A stretch of DNA of 63,445 nt, counting the filler, from Platydemus manokwari (lineage: Eukaryota): the NCBI GenBank assembly GCA_037951405.1. It is 5 parts of 5 records of this genome, joined end to end, with 100 filler letters (N's around TTAATTAATTAA, not from the genome) between each part and the next. Parts side by side here need not be neighbours in the genome. Positions count along the whole stretch, not along the records: positions 45,697 to 54,572 come from JBBMOY011335873.1; positions 54,673 to 63,445 come from JBBMOY011351871.1; 3 more parts are not named here. One strand, 5' to 3'. A program made the position numbers and the translations under genes. Under the pieces are notes generated by a model. It had not been told where the DNA came from. It saw only the letters and a program-made list of their open reading frames with translations, and did not search any database. The stretch's first letter is position 1. Each line of letters opens with the position of its first letter. Positions 53,131 to 63,445 of the stretch are shown piece by piece.

Positions 53131-53410
53131 AACAAATGTGTTCGCCGATTCAAGTTGAAAGCCAAGTTAATGACATATCTTTATATTTGGCTTTATATTA
53201 GTCACATTTACTGATACACAAAGAAAACTTTCCTTTTTCTGTTAGATCAGGAGACGAGACATCAACAATGAAGTGATAAAAGTACTTCAAAATTGAATGA
53301 CAGTCTAAAATTAAATGGAGCTGAGTAGTGCGTGCTTGGGAGGATTTATAATGAATTGAAATTTGGAATATTATTTTAAAATATTATTTTGTTTATATAA
53401 TTTTATTTAA

Positions 53411-53890
53411 AATATAATTTGGTGTCGTGAATTTTCAGTTCGTTTTAAATGTATGTTCATAAAATAATGGCTGCTTACACGTAGATTCGATTCTGAGAAT
53501 GTCTATGGCATGGAAGTATAGAAGAGAAAGCAAAAAATATGGAGAAGATGCAAAGAAGGTATAGTGAAGTTGGGCAGAAGGTATAACGAAGATATAAAGA
53601 AGATATAGAGATGAAAGAAAGAAAATATAAAGTATAAAAGAAATAGAAATTTTCATAGAGATAAATATCTTGAAAATTTGATAGAGAGATAATTAAAAAT
53701 TTACAGAAATCAAAGATTTTAAAGAAAAGAGGATGTGAAAATTTAAAATGAATTGGAATTTGAAGGATTAATTAATCGGATTTTTATCAAAGATTAATTT
53801 TTTTGAATAAGTGTCATGAAAATATAATTTAGTGTCGTGGCTTTTCAGTTCGTTTCCAATGTGTGCTTTGTAAAATAGTAACGGCTTACA
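53411..53890. repeat. Dispersed repeat family, two tandem cores ~410 bp apart
   Basis: Core T(A/G)GTGTCGTG..TTTTCAGTTCGTTT..ATG....AAAATA(G/A)T..C(G/T)GCT at 53411 and 53821; other copies at ~23005-23080, ~52145-52215 and inverted at ~60230-60290. Confidence 0.75.
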
Positions 53891-54538
53891 GTGCTTGATA
53901 TTTTTTTATAGCAGCAATAGCTGGAGAGGACTTGTACTAATTTTGAGGGTTTGAGTAGAATTAAAACTCACGATCCATCGTTATTCCGGTTTTATAATCT
54001 ACTCCACTCACCCCTAGATCAAATCTAACCATTGAATGGCTTAAAAATTTCTTTTTATCTATCTGTTTTTTTCATATTTTCTACAGCAATTCTGATTTTC
54101 GACCCGAAAAATATCGAATGAGACAGCTTTAAAATGATATATTTTTAAAAAGAAAAATACCAAAATCGTTTTCTGAAATTTAAAATTGTCCACGATTTCT
54201 CACTACTCAATCCGTAAATATCTTTGTCTCACAAAATCACGAAATATAAAGATTTTATCTGACGAAGTTGACTTGATTAGAGAAAAAGTAGGAACAACAA
54301 AACAAATTGATTTTTATTAATATATTAGATTACTAAGGATTATTATTAACATAATTTATTAAATTTATTTTTATCTCGTCGATTGAATGATATCACGAAT
54401 ATCCAACAGTATTGAAGTGTAAGGAATTGATTTTCTTATAATATAAATAATAATACAAATTGTACTAATAATAATAATAATTATAATCATATATATATTT
54501 TTCGAATTATACTTGTGTGTGCGTATAATTATTGTCAC

Positions 54539-54572
<34 letters not shown>

Positions 54573-55805
54573 NNNNNNNNNNNNNNNNNNNNNNNNNNNN
54601 NNNNNNNNNNNNNNNNTTAATTAATTAANNNNNNNNNNNNNNNNNNNNNNNNNNNNNNNNNNNNNNNNNNNNCTTTATTTAAAATGTTTATTAGGAGTCT
54701 ACTTAGTTGTCTTAAATTAAAATAAATTTCGATCGCATTGAGGAGACAATATTGCAGGATATCGTTATATCACCGGGATGATATGTATAATGTAGATGAT
54801 GCAAAACTAGAGTATTATATGTAATAGAAAGAAATAGAAATATATAGAAAAATAGAAGTCTAACGAAATACCAATTAATGATTAAATTGATTTCTCAATA
54901 ATTGATTCAGAAAATAAATTTTCAAATTAAATTAAATTAAATTTATTCACCAAAATATCAATAATTTTAAACAAATCAAATGTGATTTTAATCTCATAAA
55001 TAACATCAAATTTCGTGTCAGGATTTTGAGTGAAATTCAATAAACAAAAAAATCAATATCAATAAACATTCTCACATGTTTTGGTGAAACGAAAAATATA
55101 AAAAACAAATGTTTTGCACAAATTTTTTTCTTGTATTAAATATCGAATAAAACAATCTCCTTGTACTTAAAACGTCAAAACAAATCCATAATCATAAATT
55201 CACAACAACCTCTAACTTTAAAAACCTATAATTAAAAAACTCTCGAATTTATTGCTGTTTAAATCGATTTTTGAGAAAGTTTTTGACTTTTACACAAAGG
55301 TTAAACAGTCTCATTTTTTTTAAAACTCTTATTATTATTTAAATTATAATTTAAATGATTTTTAATGATTTTCGATTTATATCAATGAAATTTAGAATTA
55401 AAATTAAAATCAGCTATATTGTTAAATAAAACACATTTTTGCTCTTCTTATTTACAGGCTGTTGTCCACACAAATCTTTATTATTAATAACAATTGTTTA
55501 TATACTTTTAATAACCGAAATATAAAATTATAACTGAAAAGGTTACATTGTCAATCAGAATATATTTTTAATGATGAATTGATTTGAATTATTTAATTAC
55601 TATAAAACGAATTTATTTTTTCCCGTTCATTACTAAATCATTCATGGCAATCAATTAGATAAATTTATTGACCATCATCCGATATATAAATCAATAATAA
55701 AATAAAATCATTACGCAGTCAATAAACTCTTCATACAAGAACAAAAATCAATGTTTAAATCAAACAAAAAAATGATTTCAGTTGCCGTTGAAGATTCAAC
55801 AGATA

Positions 55806-56254
55806 AAAACATATGATCGATTGTTATTCAAATCAAGAGTTGACTCGATTAATGTCTCAAAATATGAAGAGCACAAATGTGTTTCATTTATTGAGATCAG
55901 TTGATGTTAAAATAGCAAAAGGTGAATTTTATAATTTTGAAGAGTTTTTCAAATAAATGTGAAAATCGTTGAAATAATTAAACTTATTTGATTTAATCAA
56001 TAACTTGTATTTTATCGATATTTTCATAAGGTCCAATATGGTGTAATAATTTATAAATCAGGTTTAAAGAAACAATAAACGTTATAGTTTACGAAAACAT
56101 ATGATCGATTGTTATTAAAATCAAGAGTTGACTCGAGTCATGTCCGAAAATAAGAAGATCAAAAATGTGTTTCACTCAACAGTACAGTCAGTGTTTAATT
56201 TTATAATTTAAGGTGTTTTTCATTTTATTGGGCAAATCGTCGAGAATATTAAAA
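55806..56254. repeat. Diverged direct repeat, ~170 bp units, period ~289 bp
   Basis: AAAACATATGATCGATTGTTATT(C/A)AAATCAAGAGTTGACTCGA at 55806 and 56095 with continuing downstream similarity. Confidence 0.8.
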
Positions 56255-57498
56255 GCAATTCACAAAACTAAAGCAGTTCGCTACAATTAAAAAGATTAAA
56301 ATTTTCACTTAAATATCGATTTAAATAATAATTAATTGTCTTTGATTGATTATTTGATTTCAACACTGAAAAATGTGAGAGCATTTAATTTATAAATCTC
56401 GATCAATATATTGATAATGAATTTATAATTATTGATTTCGTTTAATGTTTCTCGAATTTAATAAGATCAAGGCTGTTCTCAGCATTTAATACGCGAAGAA
56501 AATTTGTCCAATCAAAAGATTTGATAACTGAAACTAGAAGAGCGCTGATGTCAAGCTACTACAAAAGAAAGTAAATTAAAGATCACAAGCAAGAACTTAG
56601 TACTTAAGCTGATTCTCACAGTTGGGTTGCCAATTATTCTATATTAAGCGTTTGTGTGAAAAAAATCGTTGGTTCTGAATCACTGCCTTCTGTTTTACGG
56701 GAAAGTACGAAATTTCTGACAATTTTTACATCCAATAATCCTTGTTCTGCTGTAGACTTTCTTGATAAATTTAGTTTCTTCTGAAATTCTTGCAATTATA
56801 ATTCATTTTCCCTCATTGCTCGAGTATAGTTTTGGCCACATTTCTTTTAATGACCGTATAAGGGTGACTGGTCTTAGCGGTTGCAATAAAAAATGAAAGT
56901 CAGGATCTATCTACAGGGTATATATTTAGCAAAATATAAACCTATATCATTAATTCATGTCAATTTATCAAAAGACTGCAATGAAGCTATAGCATGACAT
57001 CATTGATCATTCAAAGCTTGAATTGCCAGTTTTTCCCTATCGTGTTCGGTCTAACTGAAAGTTTGAAGAGCGATGTCACAAATTTAAAATCTCTTGATTT
57101 GCATTATAGTTTGAAGATGATGCAGTTTTCGATCACTAGAATTTATATCAATGCCTGGTGAGTTTGATCATTACTATCTGACTTGCTTCAACTCAAAGAT
57201 TCACACTCATGAAGTTGAGATTTCAGCGGGCTTTGTTAGTCTGACACAACCATCCCTGAAAAATAAGAATCATGCATGACACACATGACTGTGATATATG
57301 AGATATCTGTCTTCATGACTCGAGAGTTCAAAGGTAGTCAGTTAATTCCAGCACGGTATATTAGGCACCAAGCCAAGCTAGTTATCTGGTATATATAATA
57401 ATAATCATTAATTCTATTGATTATCAATTTTAAATTCAAAGAAAGCAGAAACTGAAATCAAAATGTAATTAATTGTTAAATATTTTATAATAAATTAC

Positions 57499-58009
57499 AT
57501 CGTATGAATTGTATTGGTCAACATAGCATTGTCGTTGTTCTTTATATTCCGGCAAACTTTCGATACTCGATATTGGGTTTAAGTTTCCAATGGCATCGAA
57601 ATGAATTCCTGAATTTAAATTTATCAAATCACTTTCATGTGCCTGTTGTGACAAATTTTCTTGATTATATTAAATTTGTCATTTTTATTTTATAAGTGGA
57701 CGATTAAAAAATGTAAAGAAATAAATATGTGCACATTTTAAGTGCAAAATATGTGAGAATTTAAATATATTAATTCATCCATTAATGGTTATTTATTTAT
57801 TATAGGAAAGAGTAAATCCGATATATCGATCAGCCAAACCTAGTAAATCTAATCCATGTGAAACCTCATGACCTACGATAAACCCGAGTCGACTATATTT
57901 TTCTAAATTGCTCATGGACACGTTATAAAGTAAGTTTTGAGCAAGCCCCATTGGAAGAAGTACTTCGTTCCTCATATAAAAATGGAACGCATTAACATCA
58001 AATGCTGAG
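57499..58009 (-). CDS. M13 family (neprilysin/ECE-like) zinc metallopeptidase, two exons (58009-57840 truncated by gap; 57608-57499)
   Basis: VNAFH, NEVLLPMG, LGFIVGHEVSHGLD (HExxH); phase-1 splice joins to GIHFDAIGNL...EYKEQRQCYVDQY, matching the HGFD..G..FD..GNL...C.V.QY consensus. ENIAD exon not found. Confidence 0.85.
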
Positions 58010-58141
58010 NNNNNNNNNNNNNNNNNNNNNNNNNNNNNNNNNNNNNNNNNNNNNNNNNNNNNNNNNNNNNNNNNNNNNNNNNNNNNNNNNNNNNNNNNNN
58101 NNNNNNNNNNNNNNNNNNNNNNNNNNNNNNNNNNNNNNNNN
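58010..58141. other. Assembly gap (plain N run)
   Basis: N run truncating the peptidase exon. Confidence 0.95.
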
Positions 58142-61100
58142 TGATTTTTAACAGTTAATTGTAGTGATTTTTTCAAGGAAATTTTCAATTGGAAATATTG
58201 CTGATAATGATTTTTAAAATAATATTTTAATTATTATAAATAATATTTAAAAGCTTTTCTCAATAATATTTCCTAATAACTCCAAATGGAAATAATTTAA
58301 TATCGTATTTTCTGTCAAAGAATCATTTGTTATTTATTTCAATTCTTAAATTAACCATAAAATTAACCGTCTTCTGGTCAAATAAAAATCAATTTAGTTA
58401 TTAAAATGGATTTTCGACCTGGCTAGTGTAATTATTTTTAAGTAGTTCATATCTCAAAATTAATTAACGACGAAATGAAGTCAAATTATCGTTTGAAGTA
58501 AACTGGAAATTATTGTTTTGGGATTTTTTCTTCTAAATATAGTTATTTGGAAACGACTTCATTAATGGATTTTTTATCAATGATATTACGTCAGAACTTT
58601 ATTGATTTAAAAGTTGATCAATTTCCGAAACAATTTTTACATTTTAAACAGGGAGTATATTGGTTATAAGGGTTCATTGTTTGACAATCTCAGCGGGTAT
58701 TGTACTAGGTTCTCAGTTCTCTCAATCAATAATTCTTACTTAATACTTCAAGCCCGAGATTCATTTATTCGCTTTCTGTAACATTCGAATTGACAGTCGT
58801 TTTATTCCTGTACATAGTCTCTTACAAATGACCCATAATCATTTGTTGTGATTGGATTTGGATTTCATATTTATATCTCAAGACAAAAAAGTTAATGTTT
58901 AAAAACATTTATTTCAGATCATTTCGTCTTCACCAGATTTTTCTGAACCGGGTTAGAATTTTTGCGATCAATAACAAAATATTTTTAATTATCTGATAAT
59001 TTGATAATAATCCTTTGTTTCTTATAATTAAGGATAAAATTATATAAATTATCAAAAAAAATTAAAAACACTGATTATTTTATACATATTATTTTATTTA
59101 AAAGTGGAAAGCAAAATTTGAAATTATTTTCTGCAAGTATTTGTTTAATGAGGCTAATTTTGTAATTCACTTTTTTCTACAATGGCGAATGACTTCTTAT
59201 AATTTTAATAAAACCTGTTATTCACCATAATCAATTTTATTAAATAAAGCTATAATTAAACGGATTCGAATTAAATTAATCATAATCATATCACACTCGG
59301 CATAATCGATAAAATTTTCGTTTTGATTTGACTTGATTTTGTCATACTTAAATATAACAGGAAATAACACCATAACTTCAACAGGTTAAAAATTGCTTGT
59401 ATATATTTGCTGGATCGATATTGTATTCGCATAGATGCATAAATGCTAAAATAGTCTTGTTCAATTTCAATTTCGTCTTTATCAATGAGTTATGTGAGCC
59501 AAAATATATATAAACTATGTGTTCAGCATATCTCACATTAATACCACAAAATCATCTAGAATCAAAAAATAAATCAATTATTAAGTTCTGAAACAGAAAT
59601 ATGTGAATCACGAGAAATAATGAGATAATATATCATATTTTGAATAAATCTAAAATACCAGAATCTAATGAGATTAGTTATGATTATGGAAGAAAGGAAA
59701 CATTAATAAATTCTCTTTATTTTACATAGAGATAACGAAAGAGTTTTGGCTAATGATATTTTGAATTTCCGGTGGATTAACAGTTCATATTTTATAATTC
59801 AATAATATTTCACCATTTTTATATGATAATCATATTAGAATGAAAATTATTCAGTTCATCAGAGATAGTTAATGAACTCGTGTGAAAGTTTTAATGGGCT
59901 TATATCGATCGAATAAAAGTATTCTGTAGTATTTTGCAGTTATATTAAACATAACCCAAGCATGATGATTCTATAACCGTATAATAATAATAATAAAGAA
60001 TAATAATAAAAAAATAAAATAAATAATAATAAGAATAATGATAATAATAACTATTTTGATAAGAGTAATTATAATTATTATTATTACAAAAGCATTAATA
60101 ATGATAATAATAACATATGCAATGACAATAAAATGTTAATATTAATAGATATAACAAGTACGGTTCAAGTAAGTAAAAATAATATAAAACAGATTAATTA
60201 TAAAAGTAAGAATAATAAGCTACTATTTATAAGCGGCTACAATTTATAAAAAAACTCATCGAAAACGAACTGAAAAGTTAATATTTCAATACAATTATTT
60301 AAACACAAATATAATTTTATATAAAAACAAATTCTTACAAGTATAAATCCTAGAAAATGAAATTCAATTTAATATTCTCACAGCGCTCCGATCTTTAAAA
60401 TCTTTGATTTTCTTTGTATTTTTGATTGACATTGTATCGAATACTCTTAAAATTTATCGACGTAAATCTTTCCAATTCTTCTATCTTTTAATATAACTTC
60501 TCTACATTTATATCTTGTTTATATCTACTTTATATGCTCTTTATATATTCTTTATATCTCATTTATATCTTCCTTATATCTAATGTACATCGTCTTTATA
60601 TATTCTCTATATAGTATCAACATCTTTCTCCTTCTTTGCCCTAGTATTCTCACAATAACTGTAATAATCATAACAATAATAATAATAATAACTTTTTCTA
60701 AAATAAAATCAATAATCATAATTAAATAATCTGAATAATATTGATAATCAAAATTTCGACCGAGTTGTAAATAGTTAGATTTTATTTATTACAAACCAAT
60801 TAACGGTAAATATCGGATAATTATATTATGAAATATATAATTTGATATTGGATATTTTTTCTCACGACTTCTATTAACACATTTCTAAATCATTTGATCA
60901 ACCTTTAGTTGATTGGAATCGTAATTGGAATAAAAAAAAACAATCGTAATTAAAAAAACAATATTTAGACAGCTAAATTTGAGCAATATTTTCATACAGT
61001 GCTAATATAGGAAACTGTTTCCGCAGCGCCCAATTATCAGTTGTCTTGGGTAAAATGGATCAGATAATATCCAATCTGTTATGTTTAATTGTTTTGTGTA

Positions 61101-63445
61101 TCGATGACTACATCAAAGTTTGTATGAGTTCAAAGCAACTGACGGTTTGGTATGTTTCTATTTTGTCAGACAAGCTGTAAAGTAATACGACATGTTATAT
61201 GAATATGGTTTGTATTTAGCATAACATTCTATATATGAAATTCATCCGTTGGTATTTGAAAATTAAAAATAATTTATTAACAAGAGATTTGTTTTTCGGT
61301 TTTTATTTGGTGTAAATGTTTCAATAATTCACAGATTTGATAATGGAAATCAAACTTGCCCAGTTTATTCTGAAATCATCATGTTTCATTCCCTAATTAA
61401 TATTTGACATTTTTAATTATAATTGATGCTTTCCATCTTAATTTTAATTTTACAAATTTTACTTTAAAGCTTAATATACTGAAAGTAAACATTTTACCCG
61501 ATTTTCAATCCTTATTTAATTATGTCATCTCGAATAAATTGCTAGAAACGAAAATCTCTAAATACTGCTATGGGTACTTTTGAATAAAATCACTAAAGAT
61601 TTTTTTATGAGCTGAAATGAATTTAACAGACCAGCAGTACAAGTTAAATTTAATGATTATAAAATAATAAATAATGTATAAGGATACTGCAATATCAAAA
61701 CAATCTATTCGCATTCCAACAATCTAATACAGTTATTAAAGACTCCAAATATTATGATGTTCAGCATGTATTCGGTAACAATTTTGTGGCTGTAGTAAAT
61801 GAAGCAAATTATAATAAAAATTATTTTTAATATATACGTAAATAATATTGTAGAGTTTGTAGTTTTAAAAATAATTTTTCAAAGTTTATGTAATGAAATA
61901 TCCGATCGATTAGTAAAACTTCTTTTTTCTTGAGCTAGTTTCAAATGGAAAAATCTGTAAAATAAAAATCTCCGTTTTTACTCACTGCTAGTAATCCATA
62001 ATTAATTTCGTTTCAAATCATGAAAGAGAATTAGTCGCTTGTTTTACTCGGTGTTTTAAATTTTGTTTGTTTCTATATTTTTTTACCGCCTTAACGAATG
62101 TGATTATATTTGGTTAGCTGGATTAATGAAAAACATATTACTTAATTTGCAAAACGTTTAATTAAATCAACGCAGAATATCTAAAGATATATATATATAT
62201 ATATATTTGTGTGTGTGTGTGTGGAGAAAGAGAGAGAGAGAAATAGAGAAACAGAGAGATATTTCTAATTCGATACCCATTGATGGCTATAAAAATCATT
62301 TCAGATCACAACTGTCTCATTGGCTACATTTTGTTCATTATTAGAATGATTAAAATTACTTTTGACTATTTTTTTTAATATATTTGATTAAGGCTAATTT
62401 TTTACTGGCACGGGCGAGGTTCGCCGAGTTTCAGAATGGATATGATTCAGTACAACTTTAATTGGAATAAAACTACAATTTCATATCTATTTAATAAAAG
62501 AATACCGAGATAGGAAAATACTGTGTCATTGAAAACACACGAAAAGTATATTTAACTATTACTTTAAACAGATTATCGTTTTTAATATATTTATATCTTA
62601 TTTTATTATTAGAGAATTATACATAAAAATTTTAGAATCCTAACAATTCGTGAATATTTGTAGCGGGTAATATTCTCAAAGATTGAATATGCGTGTATAT
62701 AGTATGTTATTCGATATTCCGAACCAATAATAGAAAGTTTTATAATTCCAAATATAAATTTTAAGTGGTTTAGGTGACATATTCTCCTGGAATCCAATTG
62801 TAGTCGGTATGAAGCTTATAATAACAAGTTATAACAATATACACATCCCAGTCACAGTATCTATTAAATTTGTCTATTATACCGTTAGATCGCAAACCTA
62901 GTAATTTTTTTGACTTTTAATTTTTCTCAACTAATAGACAAGATACTTCTATTCTGAGTTCACATTAGTACAAAAAATGAAAAACATTCCCTTATTTAGT
63001 GATATCAATACTAATCATTACCAGTTTTCCTATTTGGTTTAATGGCTTCTTCGGACTAAAAATAATTTAATTAGAGAAATGACAAATGTATTTCTTCTAT
63101 GATTCTCTGTGTGTTGGTTTTTGCTATCTTTTATACTTTGTTTCAACTTTTTGAAGTGATGATATTCCTGGAAATAATATTATCTCTGGCAATTTGAATC
63201 AATGGATATGCGATATCAATCAATTAATTGAGAGAAGTGCAAATATAAGCAACTGCTAATTCATATAAAATTCGATTAGTTAATTCATTTGGAATTATGA
63301 AATGTTATTTAAAGAATTTTTTCATTGTCAAGTTTTATTGACCACCTAACTTTTGCATTTGGAAAAATATTTGAAGATTAGTAAAGTTTTGAGATCGTTT
63401 TCTAATCATGCTATAAACTGAAATAATGTCCGATACACACACACA

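Noticed and set aside
55806-56254. Repeats as a CRISPR-like array
   Set aside because: Only two long diverged units, eukaryotic context, no regular repeat-spacer pattern or cas genes.
58185-58212. GNIADN on the + strand resembling the M13 ENIAD motif
   Set aside because: Wrong strand and side relative to the peptidase exons, lacks the Glu, immediately followed by a stop; likely chance.

Overview
AT-rich eukaryotic (metazoan, most likely a triclad flatworm; this is an inference from the short ~45-55 nt introns, (AAT)n tracts, NeSL-type LINE and lectin-PAN genes) scaffold segment with five assembly gaps. Host genes: (1) a ~2.9 kb coding exon of a ZNF608/ZNF609/Brakeless-type co-repressor (+, 6130-9074); (2) a 20-exon, ~1280-aa-visible minus-strand gene (30624-21737) that I assembled by hand with consistent splice phases, encoding N-terminal TNFR-like Cys modules, a large Cys-rich ectodomain and at least four TM helices in a prominin/Tweety-like arrangement; (3) a cluster of three C-type lectin + PAN/apple-like genes, mostly decayed; (4) two exons of an M13 (neprilysin-family) peptidase cut by a gap; (5) a decayed small membrane-protein gene with a tandemly duplicated exon. 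The rest is a transposon graveyard: mariner (two copies), a Tc1/mariner deletion derivative, Chapaev3-like remnant, hAT- and piggyBac-type MITEs, gypsy gag/integrase pieces, a LINE RT remnant, a Ulp1-protease-bearing NeSL/R2-group retrotransposon and scattered Polinton/Maverick (adintovirus-like) polymerase and structural-gene fossils. No rRNA, tRNA or CRISPR was recognised. All family calls are from motif recognition, not database searches.
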